Source: an uncultured Oscillospiraceae bacterium
GTDB lineage: Bacteria; Bacillota; Clostridia; Oscillospirales; Oscillospiraceae
Length of the DNA: 64,000 nt
NCBI GenBank assembly: GCA_944385415.1
Contig: CALWXC010000008.1
Coordinates: forward strand, 36,446 to 100,445
Reading direction: 5' to 3'
Position numbers and translations under genes: made by a program. Position 1 is the first letter of the stretch; each line of letters starts with the position of its first letter. Positions 18,895 through 28,128 of the stretch are shown piece by piece. Under the pieces are notes generated by a model. It had not been told where the DNA came from, did not search any database, and worked only from the letters and a program-made list of their open reading frames with translations.

Positions 18895-19272
18895 TTACTT
18901 GACGGCGATGACTTCCATCTCCACCACGCCGCCCAGGGGCAGGGCAGCCACCTGCACGCAGGAGCGGGCGGGATGCTCGCCGGTAAAGTTCTCAGCGTAG
19001 ATGCCGTTCAGCTCGGCAAAGCCGGCCAGATCGGTCATAAACACGGTGGTCTTGACCACGTTGCTCAGATCCATGCCGTTCTCGGCCAGAACAGCCTTGA
19101 CATTGGCGAACATCTGACGGGCCTGGGCAGCCAGACCGCCCTCGGCCAGCTTACCGGTCTCAGGCACCAGACCCAGCTGGCCGGAGCAGTACAGGGTGTC
19201 GCCTACAAAAATCGCCTGGGAATAGGGACCCACAGCGGCGGGAGCGTTCTTGGAGCAGATCACAGTTTTCAT
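18895..19272 (-). CDS. ridA: RidA (YjgF/YER057c/UK114) enamine deaminase
   Basis: APAAVGPYSQA, SGQLG, VVKTTVF, PARSCVQVAALP, EMEVIA. Promoter TTAACA-17-TAGAAT at 19336-19308. Confidence 0.92.
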   Translation of the reverse strand: MKTVICSKNAPAAVGPYSQAIFVGDTLYCSGQLGLVPETGKLAEGGLAAQARQMFANVKAVLAENGMDLSNVVKTTVFMTDLAGFAELNGIYAENFTGEHPARSCVQVAALPLGGVVEMEVIAVK

Positions 19273-19366
19273 GGTTGAAAACCTTCCTTTCGTAAATTGG
19301 TACATCCATTCTATCATAGTCATTCCCATCTGTTAAGGGCCAAATATAAAATTTTTGTAAATGTAC

Positions 19367-19394
19367 TTGAAAAAATTTCAGAGCGCGGTATAAT
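19367..19394 (+). promoter_or_regulatory. SigA promoter of htpG
   Basis: TTGAAA-16bp-TATAAT immediately upstream of CIRCE. Confidence 0.75.
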
Positions 19395-19398
19395 AGCA

Positions 19399-19425
19399 TT
19401 AGCACTCAAAAGTTGTGAGTGCTAA
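19399..19425. promoter_or_regulatory. CIRCE operator (HrcA binding site)
   Basis: Perfect TTAGCACTC-N9-GAGTGCTAA between the -10 and the RBS of htpG. Confidence 0.97.
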
Positions 19426-19450
19426 TGCTGAATACAAAGGATGACATATC

Positions 19451-21343
19451 ATGGAAAAGCAGCAATTCAAAGCCGAATCCAAACGGCTTCTTGATCTGAT
19501 GATCAACTCCATTTACACCCATCAGGAGATTTTTCTCCGTGAGATCATTTCCAACGCCTCCGACGCCATGGACAAGCTGGCTTATTTGAGCCTGACGGAC
19601 CAGAACGTGGGCCTCAGCCGCAGCGACTTCGCCATCGATATTACGGTGGACGAGAAGGAACGTCTGCTGACTGTGTCCGACAATGGCATCGGCATGAGCC
19701 GGGAGGACATGGAGGAAAATCTGGGCACCATCGCCAAGAGCGGTTCCCTCCAGTTCAAAAAGGACATGGAACAGCAGGAGGACATCGACATCATCGGCCA
19801 GTTCGGCGTGGGCTTCTACTCCGCCTTTATGGTGGCCGACGCCGTCACCGTCATTTCCAAGAAGTACGGTTCCGATGAGGCCTGGATGTGGCAGTCCTCC
19901 GGCGCCGACGGCTATACCATCACCCAGTGTGAAAAGGACGCCGCCGGTACCCAGGTCATCATGCACCTGAAAGCCGACACCGAGGACGAGAACTACAGCC
20001 GGTTCCTCCAGGAACACGAACTGCGGTCTCTGGTCCGCAAATACTCCGACTATATCCGCTATCCCATCCGCATGGACGTGACCAAGACCCGCGTCAAGGA
20101 GGAAACCAAGGACAGCGACAAGCCCGAGTATGAAACCTACACGGAGAACGAGACCCTCAACTCCATGGTGCCCCTGTGGCAGCGGGCCAAGAAGGACGTC
20201 ACCGAGGAGGAGTACAACCGGTTCTATCAGGAGAAGTTCTTCGACTATGAAAACCCCCTGGCCACCATCCATCTGAGCATCGAGGGCAACATCACCTATA
20301 AGGCCCTGCTCTATATCCCTGCCCGGGCCCCCTATGACTTCTATACCAAGGAGTACAAGAAGGGCTTGCAGCTCTATTCCTCCGGCGTTCTGATTATGGA
20401 GAACTGTGAGGACCTGCTGCCGGAGCACTTCCGCTTTGTCAAGGGCATTGTGGATTCCCAGGATCTGAGCCTGAACATCTCCCGTGAGATGCTCCAGCAT
20501 GACCGTCAGCTGAAACTCATCGCCTCCAATCTGGAAAAGAAGATCAAGTCCGAATTGAAGAAGCTCCTGGAAAACGACCGGGAGAAGTACGAGAAGTTTT
20601 TCAACGCCTTTGGCCGCAACCTGAAATACGGTCTGGTGTCCGAGTACGGTATGCATAAGGAACTGCTCCAGGATTTGATGCTGTTCTGGTCCAGCAAGGA
20701 GCAGAAGCTGGTAACCCTCCAGGAGTATGTGGACGGTATGGCCGAGGGCCAGGAGCACATCTACTTTGCCGCCGGTGAGAGCCGCCAGCGCCTGTCCCAG
20801 CTGCCCCAGATGGAGCTGCTCCAGGACAAGGGCTACGACGTGCTGTTCTTCACAGAGGATGTGGACGAATTTATTCCTCAAACCCTCCAGAAGTTTGCCG
20901 AAAAGGACTTCAAGAACATTGCGTCCGACGACCTGGGCCTGACCTCCGACGAGGAGAAGAAGGCCATGGAGGAGAAGAACGAAGCCGCCAAGCCCACCCT
21001 GGATTTCATCAAGGAGACCCTGGGCGACCGGGTCAAGGACGTGCGGCTCAGCGCCACCCTCAAGAGCCATCCGGTCTGCCTGGTTCCCGACGAGGGCATG
21101 AGCTTCGAGATGGAGAAATACTTCCAGAAGATGAACCCGGAAATGGGCTTCAAGGCCGGCCGGATTCTGGAGCTGAACCCGGAGCACGCCGTCTTTGCCA
21201 CCTTGCAGATTGCCGTGGCCCAGGACCCGGAGAAGGCCAAGAAGTATGTGGAGGTCCTCTATGACCAGTCCTTGCTCATGGCGGGCCTGCCTATCGACAA
21301 CCCCACCGAGTATACCGACCGCATCTGCTCTTTGATGCAGTAA
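19451..21343 (+). CDS. htpG: Molecular chaperone HtpG (Hsp90)
   Basis: NSIYTHQEIFLREIISNASDA, DNGIGM, IGQFGVGFYSAF. Confidence 0.98.
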   Translation: MEKQQFKAESKRLLDLMINSIYTHQEIFLREIISNASDAMDKLAYLSLTDQNVGLSRSDFAIDITVDEKERLLTVSDNGIGMSREDMEENLGTIAKSGSLQFKKDMEQQEDIDIIGQFGVGFYSAFMVADAVTVISKKYGSDEAWMWQSSGADGYTITQCEKDAAGTQVIMHLKADTEDENYSRFLQEHELRSLVRKYSDYIRYPIRMDVTKTRVKEETKDSDKPEYETYTENETLNSMVPLWQRAKKDVTEEEYNRFYQEKFFDYENPLATIHLSIEGNITYKALLYIPARAPYDFYTKEYKKGLQLYSSGVLIMENCEDLLPEHFRFVKGIVDSQDLSLNISREMLQHDRQLKLIASNLEKKIKSELKKLLENDREKYEKFFNAFGRNLKYGLVSEYGMHKELLQDLMLFWSSKEQKLVTLQEYVDGMAEGQEHIYFAAGESRQRLSQLPQMELLQDKGYDVLFFTEDVDEFIPQTLQKFAEKDFKNIASDDLGLTSDEEKKAMEEKNEAAKPTLDFIKETLGDRVKDVRLSATLKSHPVCLVPDEGMSFEMEKYFQKMNPEMGFKAGRILELNPEHAVFATLQIAVAQDPEKAKKYVEVLYDQSLLMAGLPIDNPTEYTDRICSLMQ

Positions 21344-21426
21344 GGGATTTCGCGCCGTGCGCGGCGCGACCGGGGACGCTGTCCCCTGGACCCCTGCGAT
21401 TTTTGAAAAAATCGAGTAAACTTTTT
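21344..21426 (+). repeat. Short copy of the dispersed element
   Basis: GGGATTTCGCGCCGTGCGCGGCGCGACCGGGGACGCTGTCCCCTGGACCCCTGCGATTTTTGAAAAAATCGAGTAAACTTTT; near reverse complement of 39654-39741. Confidence 0.85.
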
Positions 21427-21480
21427 ATGTTGGGGCCCGGGTGCAGTATTTGGGATTCAAAGCAACATAGGAAATAATTT

Positions 21481-21509
21481 TGCCCCGGATTCCATGGGAA
21501 TCCGGGGCA
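21481..21509. terminator. Hairpin between convergent htpG and GH-like gene
   Basis: TGCCCCGGATTCC-atg-GGAATCCGGGGCA, 13-bp perfect stem. Confidence 0.7.
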
Positions 21510-21510
21510 T

Positions 21511-21563
21511 TTAAAGTTTTACGCTATTATTTTAAAAATTGCAGGGTACGGGGCAACGCCCCG
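21511..21563 (-). repeat. Diverged inverted copy of the element terminus
   Basis: TAAAGTTTTACGCTATTATTTTAAAAATTGCAGGGTACGGGGCAACGCCCCG aligns by eye with AAAAGTTTTACTCGATTTTTTCAAAAAATCGCAGGGGTCCAGGGGGCAGCGCCCC (39656 onward). Confidence 0.6.
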
Positions 21564-21574
21564 CAAACCACCTG

Positions 21575-22597
21575 TCACTCCTCGTCATCCGCCGTCACCG
21601 CCGGACGCAGCACGCCGTAATCGGAAAAGCGGGTGTCCCGGGAGTCGGTGAGAAAAACCACGCGATCATGGAGCGTGTCGTAGACGTCGGAGAAGGTGTC
21701 CACCAGGTCCTGGACCTGGGAGCCGTCGCTGCTGGTCAGATACACCCGGTCGGCGTAGGCGGCCAGAGCGGGGTCTGTGGTGGCCATAGACAGGGCAGGG
21801 GAGCTCTCTGTCTGGTTGGAGGACAGCCGCTGGGCGGCGTCCAGCACAGCGGCCACCCGGTCACCGTCATAGGCGATGTTCTGACTGGAAGGGAAGGTGA
21901 AGTCCGACAGGACCACTTCCTCAAAGCCCAGACCGGCCAGCTCTGAGAGAATGCTCTGGAGATAGGAAAGGACCTGCTGATTGGCCGGGTCCAGCCAGTA
22001 ACAGCTGTCGCTGTCCATCCACAACGCGCCGTTGTCCAGGGGAAGGCCGCAGGACTGATTGGCCAGGGCATAGGCGCTGTCCCGGAACGCCGGCAGACGG
22101 GCGATGAGATAGACGCGGCCGTTGGCGTTGAGATCGGCAATAAGCTGGTCCACAGCGGTCACATCCACCGAGGAGGACGTCTCCGCGCCGGGAATGGCGG
22201 TGGAGTAACAGAAATTGCCGTAAATGCTTTTCACGTCCAGCAGCACAGCCACCTGTCCCTCCGCGGACTGGACGGCCTCCAAAATGGCGTCAGTCTCGTC
22301 CAGCATATCGGTGGTCACATAAATGCCCTCCAGACGGGTCATGGCGCTGGTGTCCTCCATGGGACTGGTGTCCACTACCACCTGGGCGTCGGGCAGGGGT
22401 TCCAGCTTTTCGCGGACGGCGCTGCGCTCTGTGGACGGAGAGAACTCCAGCCGGACGCCGTCGGCGGAGTAAACCAGAAAGCGCTGCAAATAGATGACAA
22501 AGCCTATGGCGGTCAGCAGCAGCAGCACGACGATGATAACCAGGGCAACGGCCAGCTTGCGCAGACGCACCCGGGTGCGATAGGGAATGTATGGCAA
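21575..22597 (-). CDS. Membrane-anchored putative glycoside hydrolase-like (TIM-barrel) protein
   Basis: One N-terminal TM helix; YLIARLPAFRD, WLDP and GFEEVVLSDFTFP motifs resemble DUF4015-like GH folds. TTG start after GAGGAGG. Confidence 0.6.
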   Translation of the reverse strand: MPYIPYRTRVRLRKLAVALVIIVVLLLLTAIGFVIYLQRFLVYSADGVRLEFSPSTERSAVREKLEPLPDAQVVVDTSPMEDTSAMTRLEGIYVTTDMLDETDAILEAVQSAEGQVAVLLDVKSIYGNFCYSTAIPGAETSSSVDVTAVDQLIADLNANGRVYLIARLPAFRDSAYALANQSCGLPLDNGALWMDSDSCYWLDPANQQVLSYLQSILSELAGLGFEEVVLSDFTFPSSQNIAYDGDRVAAVLDAAQRLSSNQTESSPALSMATTDPALAAYADRVYLTSSDGSQVQDLVDTFSDVYDTLHDRVVFLTDSRDTRFSDYGVLRPAVTADDEE

Positions 22598-22610
22598 GGT
22601 TGCAGCCTCC

Positions 22611-23579
22611 TCAGCAGGTGGCGCTCAGCTGGCACCAGTCGTCCATCTGATTGCAGCCGGTGATGGTGAGACCCGCCGCTTCCAGCGCCGCCTTTACCTC
22701 ATCCAGCCGCACATTGAGCACGCCGGAGCACAGGAACACGCCGCCCTTGCGGAGGAAATGGGGCACCACCGGGGCCAGGGGAATGATGACGTCGGCCACA
22801 ATGTTGGCCAACACCACATCGTAGCCGCCTTCTGCCAGTTCCTCCATGCGGGCCTGGTCTTCAATGACATTGCCGGTGACGGCGGTAAACCGGGAGCCGT
22901 CCAGACCGTTCATGGCGGCGTTTTCTCGGGCGATGTCCTCGGCCTTGGGGTCAATGTCCACACCCGTGGCCGTGGCGGCGCCCAGCAGCAGCGCCGTAAA
23001 GGACAGAATACCGCTGCCGCTGCCCAGGTCAATGACCCGCTCGCCGCCGTGAATGCACTGTTCCAGCGCCTTCATGCACATCTGGGTAGAGGCGTGGGCG
23101 CCGGTACCGAAGATCATGCCCGGGTCCAGCCGCACCTCAATGCGGCCCTCGGGGTTTTCCGGGTGAAGCCACTGGGGCACCACCAACAATTTCTCACCGA
23201 TGGGCAAGGGCTGATAATACTGCTTCCAGCTGTTCTCCCAATCCTCATCCCGGCAGCCCGCCGCGGACACCGTCAGGGGGCCAAAGTCCACGGCCGGAAA
23301 CTGCCGGCGCAGCAGGGAAAGCTGCTCGCTGAGGTAGGACGCGGTTTCCACAGCCTGGGGCGTGTCCTCCACATAGAGGCGAATTTGGGAAACACCGGCC
23401 ATCTTTTCTTCCAGTTCCTCGTCCACATAGTCCCAATACTGACGATTCTGCTCCAAAAAATCATGAAACTCCTGTTGATCGTCCATAATAAAGCTGTCGA
23501 AGCCCAAGGCCGTCAGCCGTGCCGCCACCAGCTCAATGCCCGCGGGCGCGGTGGCGATGGTCAGTTCGATCCATTGCAT
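22611..23579 (-). CDS. prmA: Ribosomal protein L11 methyltransferase
   Basis: DWENSWKQYY, LDPGMIFGTGAHAST, IDLGSGSGIL, ANIVADVI. RBS AAGGAGG; promoter TTGTCA-17-TAAACT at 23691-23663. Confidence 0.95.
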   Translation of the reverse strand: MQWIELTIATAPAGIELVAARLTALGFDSFIMDDQQEFHDFLEQNRQYWDYVDEELEEKMAGVSQIRLYVEDTPQAVETASYLSEQLSLLRRQFPAVDFGPLTVSAAGCRDEDWENSWKQYYQPLPIGEKLLVVPQWLHPENPEGRIEVRLDPGMIFGTGAHASTQMCMKALEQCIHGGERVIDLGSGSGILSFTALLLGAATATGVDIDPKAEDIARENAAMNGLDGSRFTAVTGNVIEDQARMEELAEGGYDVVLANIVADVIIPLAPVVPHFLRKGGVFLCSGVLNVRLDEVKAALEAAGLTITGCNQMDDWCQLSATC

Positions 23580-23775
23580 GTAGTATGCCTCCTTATTGAC
23601 AGGCGACACCGTCTCCCTGCGGCCCGTTTGCCACAACGGATACAGCGTTGCCATAGTTTATTAGTTTACAGGAAAAGCGCCGTTCTGACAAGCAGTTTCC
23701 AACATATTTTACTTTTTTGACGAACTGTGGTATGATGACCCAATAGGTCACCATACCCTGGAAAGGATGAATTGA

Positions 23776-25047
23776 TTGAACAGACGAACAGAACTTCTGC
23801 CCGGTGTATTCCTCACCTGTGTGCAGAGTGAAAAATTCAAAACCGGTTGTCTCAGCCTCTCCCTGCTGCGCCCCCTGCGGCGGGAGGAAGCGGCGGCCAA
23901 TGCGCTGCTGCCGGCGGTGCTTCTGCGGGGCTGCGAGGGCTGCCCGGACATGCGGGAGATTTCCGCATTCCTCGACGGCTACTATGGGGCCAGCGTGGGC
24001 AGTCTCGTCCGCAAAAAAGGCGAGGTGCAGACCACGGGCTTCTATGCGGCGTTTCTGGAGGACCGCTACGCATTGGACGGCGAACCCATTCTGGCCCCCA
24101 TGGTGGACTTTGTCTGCCGCCTGCTGCTAAAACCGGTGACGGAGGACGGCGCGTTTGTCTCCGCCTTTGTGGACGGCGAAAAGCAGAACCTCATCAACAC
24201 CATGGAAGCCCGCATCAACAACAAGCGCAGCTATGTGGTGTCCCAGCTGCTGCGGACCATGTGCAAGGACGAGGCCTACGGCCTGCCCCGTCTGGGTGAT
24301 GTGGAAGAGGTGGAGCCCATCACGGCTAAGAGCCTTTATGGCCACTACCGCCACATTCTGGCCCACTCCCGCATGGAGATTTTCTACCACGGAAGCTGTG
24401 ACGCTGACACGGTGGCGGACCTGCTGAAAGCGGGCCTGTCGGACCTGCCCCGCGGCGAGGCCGACGCGTTCTCCACCGTGATTGTGGACCAGGCGGAGAC
24501 GGTCCAGACGAAGCGGGAAGCGCTGGACGTGACCCAGGGCAAGCTGGCCATGGGCTTCCGTCTGGGATGCACCGCCGACGATGTGGAGCGGTATCCGGCG
24601 GCCCTGATGATGAACGCCGTATTCGGTTCCGGCGTCACCAGCAAGCTGTTTCTGAATGTCCGGGAAAAGATGTCCCTGTGCTATTATGCCAGCTCCACCA
24701 TTGAAAAGTTCAAAGGCGTTATGGTGGTGTCGTCGGGCATTGAATTTGACAAATTTGAGGTGGCCCGGGACGAGATTCTCCACCAGCTGGAACTGACCCG
24801 GCAAGGGGAGATCACCGAGGAAGAGTTGGAGGGCGCCCGCATTGCGCTGCTGTCCTCCCTGAAAACCGGCATGGACAGTCCCGGACGGCTGGACGATTAC
24901 GCCCTGGGCCAGGCTATTTTGGGTCAGGAGGGCACCATGGCCGATCTGGCGAACTCGTTGGAGACGGTGACGGCGGAGCAGGTGGCCGAGGCCGCCCGTC
25001 GGGTGACGCTGGACACGGTGTATTTTATTGAGGGGGTGGCAAAATGA
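23776..25047 (+). CDS. M16 peptidase-like protein, inactive subunit (YmfF/YfmF-like)
   Basis: KFKTGCLSL, SKLFLNVREKMSLCYYASS; no HxxEH; paired with the next gene. Confidence 0.85.
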   Translation: MNRRTELLPGVFLTCVQSEKFKTGCLSLSLLRPLRREEAAANALLPAVLLRGCEGCPDMREISAFLDGYYGASVGSLVRKKGEVQTTGFYAAFLEDRYALDGEPILAPMVDFVCRLLLKPVTEDGAFVSAFVDGEKQNLINTMEARINNKRSYVVSQLLRTMCKDEAYGLPRLGDVEEVEPITAKSLYGHYRHILAHSRMEIFYHGSCDADTVADLLKAGLSDLPRGEADAFSTVIVDQAETVQTKREALDVTQGKLAMGFRLGCTADDVERYPAALMMNAVFGSGVTSKLFLNVREKMSLCYYASSTIEKFKGVMVVSSGIEFDKFEVARDEILHQLELTRQGEITEEELEGARIALLSSLKTGMDSPGRLDDYALGQAILGQEGTMADLANSLETVTAEQVAEAARRVTLDTVYFIEGVAK

Positions 25048-26324
25048 AAAAGGTTGTGCTGGACCAGCTGCGGGAGACATTTTACGAGGAGCGACTGCCC
25101 AACGGGCTTTTGATCCGCGTCATTCCCCGGCCCGACTTTGCCAAGACGTATTCCTTTTTTGCCACGGACTTCGGTTCCATCGACACCAAGTTCACCATGG
25201 ACGGCAAGGTGTATGAGACGCCCGCCGGTGTGGCCCACTATCTGGAGCATAAGCTGTTCGACATGCCCGAGGGCAATGTGATGCAGCAGTTTTCCGCCCT
25301 GGGCGGCAGTCCCAACGCCTTCACCGGCTATTCCATGACGGCATATCATGTAGAATCCACGGAAAACTGGCGGGAAAATCTGGAACTGCTGCTGCGGTAC
25401 GTGTCCACGCCCTATTTCACCGAGGAGAGCGTGGAGAAGGAGCGGGGCATCATCGCCCAGGAAATCCGCATGTACGAGGACAGTTCCGGCTCCCGGATGT
25501 ATGAGAACCTCTTCGCGGCCCTGTATCAGCACCATCCCATTCGGGTGCCCATCGCCGGTACCGTGGAATCCATCCAGGATATCACTGCCCAGACGCTGTA
25601 CGACTGCCACAAGGCGTTTTATGACCCGTCCAATATGATGCTCTGTGTGGCGGGTCCTGTGGACCCGGAGCTGGTGGTAAAGAGTGCAAGAGAGATTCTG
25701 CCCAAGACTCCCGGCGGCGTGGGTGGCCGGGACTACGGCCCCGCCGAGCCCCTGACAGCGGAGAAGATGGCGCGGGTGGAGCAGAACATGGAGGTGTCCA
25801 TGCCGGGCTTCACCGTGGCGTTCCGCTGCGACACGCCCAAAACCGGCGCGGATATTCTCCGGCAGGAGCTGGTGGGCGATTTGGCGGCGGAGCTGCTGGT
25901 GGGCGAGTCCACGGCCTTTTATACGAAGCTGTACGAGGACGGTCTCATCGACTGCGATTTTTCCGCCGGTTACGAGGGCGTCAAAACCCTGGGTATGCTG
26001 TCCATCGGCGGCGACAGCAACGAGCCGGAGCGGGTGGTGGACGCCGTGCTCAAAGAGGCGGAACGGCTGGGCCGGGAGGGCGCCGACGAAGCCCTGTTCC
26101 AGCGGCTCAAGCGTTCGGCCTTTGGACGGCGGATCCGGGAGCTTGACAGTTTCGAGAACATCTGCTACCGTATGTGCCAGAGCACCTTTGAGGGGGCGTT
26201 CTATTACGACTTCCCGGATTTGTACCGCTCCATCACCCTGGACGAGACGGTAAAAATGATCCGGGATACGGTGGTCCCCCAGCGGGCGGCCCTCTCCCTC
26301 ATCTATCCCAACGCGAAAGGATGA
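25044..26324 (+). CDS. M16 peptidase (YmfH/YfmH-like)
   Basis: PAGVAHYLEHKLF (HxxEH), NAFT, VEKERGIIAQEIRMYED. Confidence 0.9.
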   Translation: MKKVVLDQLRETFYEERLPNGLLIRVIPRPDFAKTYSFFATDFGSIDTKFTMDGKVYETPAGVAHYLEHKLFDMPEGNVMQQFSALGGSPNAFTGYSMTAYHVESTENWRENLELLLRYVSTPYFTEESVEKERGIIAQEIRMYEDSSGSRMYENLFAALYQHHPIRVPIAGTVESIQDITAQTLYDCHKAFYDPSNMMLCVAGPVDPELVVKSAREILPKTPGGVGGRDYGPAEPLTAEKMARVEQNMEVSMPGFTVAFRCDTPKTGADILRQELVGDLAAELLVGESTAFYTKLYEDGLIDCDFSAGYEGVKTLGMLSIGGDSNEPERVVDAVLKEAERLGREGADEALFQRLKRSAFGRRIRELDSFENICYRMCQSTFEGAFYYDFPDLYRSITLDETVKMIRDTVVPQRAALSLIYPNAKG

Positions 26325-26330
26325 CGCATT

Positions 26331-27203
26331 GTGTTTTTGGCATCCCCCATCACGTTCCCCAATCTGGGCATTGACATCAACCCCTCGCCGGTGGCCTTTT
26401 CTCTTGGTGATAAACCCATCTACTGGTATGGCATTCTCATTGCCATCGGCTTTGCCCTGGCGGTGCTCTACGGCTGCCGCTGCGCCAAACAGTTCGGTCT
26501 CACCGAGGACAACATTCTCGATATGCTGCTGCTGGCCGCCCCCCTGGGCATCATCGGCGCACGGCTCTATTACTGCATCTTCTATTGGGAGCTGTACGCC
26601 GACAATCCCATCTCCGTCCTCTATATCTGGGAGGGTGGTCTGGCCATCTACGGCGGCGTCATCGGCGCGGCCATCGGTGTGATTCTCCATTCCCGATGGA
26701 AAAAAACGCCCCTGCTGCCCATGCTGGATATCGGTTCCATGGGATTGCTCATCGGTCAGTCCATCGGTCGCTGGGGCAACTTCATGAACCGGGAGGCCCA
26801 CGGCGGCATCACCGACAGCTTTTTTAAAATGGGACTTCAGGACAGCGCCGGTGTGGTGACGTATTATCACCCCACATTCCTCTATGAATCCGTCTGGAAC
26901 GCGGTGGGATTTCTGGCCCTGCACTTCTATTTCAAAAAGCGCCGCCGCTATGACGGTCAGATTTTCACCCTGTATGTGGCCTGGTACGGCCTGGGCCGGG
27001 CCTGGATTGAGGGCATGCGCACCGACAGCCTGTACCTGTTCAACACCGGCATCCGGGTCAGTCAACTGTTGGCGGCCCTGTCCTGCCTGGTGGCCGTGGG
27101 CTTTTTGGTGTGGAACCTGAAAATCCGGCCCCATGACCCGGCCAATCTGGCGGTCAACCGGCAGAAAGCCGCCGCCGCGGAAGCGGAAGAAAAGACGGAC
27201 TGA
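26331..27203 (+). CDS. lgt: Prolipoprotein diacylglyceryl transferase
   Basis: IYWYGILI, GARLYY, WEGGLAIYGG, GRWGNFMNREAHG, HPTFLYES. Confidence 0.95.
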   Translation: MFLASPITFPNLGIDINPSPVAFSLGDKPIYWYGILIAIGFALAVLYGCRCAKQFGLTEDNILDMLLLAAPLGIIGARLYYCIFYWELYADNPISVLYIWEGGLAIYGGVIGAAIGVILHSRWKKTPLLPMLDIGSMGLLIGQSIGRWGNFMNREAHGGITDSFFKMGLQDSAGVVTYYHPTFLYESVWNAVGFLALHFYFKKRRRYDGQIFTLYVAWYGLGRAWIEGMRTDSLYLFNTGIRVSQLLAALSCLVAVGFLVWNLKIRPHDPANLAVNRQKAAAAEAEEKTD

Positions 27204-27284
27204 CTCTTCCCACAAGGGGAAAACCGTGGTATAATGGCGAAAAATAAGGAAACAACCCCACAGGACTGAAAGGAGCGATTCCCT

Positions 27285-27725
27285 ATGGCAACATTCAATG
27301 ATTATCTGGAGACGTTCAAGGGCATGGCCGTGGAGGGTGCTCAGACGGCAGTGAAGAAGACCCGCCAGCTGGCATCCGTGGCCAAGGCCAATCTGGCCAT
27401 CCGCACCGAAGAGGAAAAGATCAAAAAGGCCCAGATTGAGCTGGGCAAGCTGTACTATAAGGACTATATTGTGGGCCAGACCCCGGACCCGGCGGTGTAT
27501 ACGCCTTGGTGTGAGCGGATTTCCGAGTCCAAGATCGCCATCGAGGACTTGAAAATCGCCATTGAGGAGCTGCGCAGCCAGGGCCATGACGACGACGATG
27601 AGATTGTCACCGACGATTATGTGGTGGATATCACCGAGGATGATCTGGTGACAGAGCCCAAGTCTGCCGAATCCGTTGTCATCGACGTGGACGTTGCCGA
27701 CAACGACGACGAAGACAAGCAGTAA
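27285..27725 (+). CDS. Hypothetical coiled-coil protein with acidic tail
   Basis: RBS AAAGGAG, upstream TGgTATAAT, ELGKLYY motif, D/E-rich C-terminus. Confidence 0.75.
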   Translation: MATFNDYLETFKGMAVEGAQTAVKKTRQLASVAKANLAIRTEEEKIKKAQIELGKLYYKDYIVGQTPDPAVYTPWCERISESKIAIEDLKIAIEELRSQGHDDDDEIVTDDYVVDITEDDLVTEPKSAESVVIDVDVADNDDEDKQ

Positions 27726-27854
27726 AGAAGCAGGAACGCATACCAACCGGGGACGCCGCAGCAGCAATGTCCCCGGTTTTGCGTCCATGGGAAAGACCGA
27801 ATGTATATAATTGCCCGGCGGTGTGCATCGAAATCCCCGGACGGAATGCGGTGC

Positions 27855-28101
27855 GGGCGCGTCAGGGATGCCGCGCCCTACGGTGGGGGGTACAAAAAAG
27901 GCCGCCGTCCACCACCCGCGATGGGGTGGGGACGGCGGCCTTGCGGCATACGCCGCGGGGATTGCGCCATCTGCGGATGGCGCTGGGAACGATGGGGGAG
28001 TTCGCGCCGTGCGCGGCGCGGGAATTTCGCCCGCTGCGGCGACCACCGCAGACACACGGGTGGTGGGTAGCCCTCACAAGAAAAAATCGAGTCAAACTTT
28101 T
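27855..28101 (+). repeat. Medium copy of the dispersed element with 5' GTAG-REP
   Basis: Inverted GTAG REP at 27855-27881, hairpin modules, and a tail CACCGCAGACACACGGG..GGGTAGCCCTCACAAGAAAAAATCGAGTCAAACTTTT nearly identical to 7922-7980. Confidence 0.85.
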
Positions 28102-28128
28102 AATGTTGGGTGCGTGGGAAAGTGCGGG

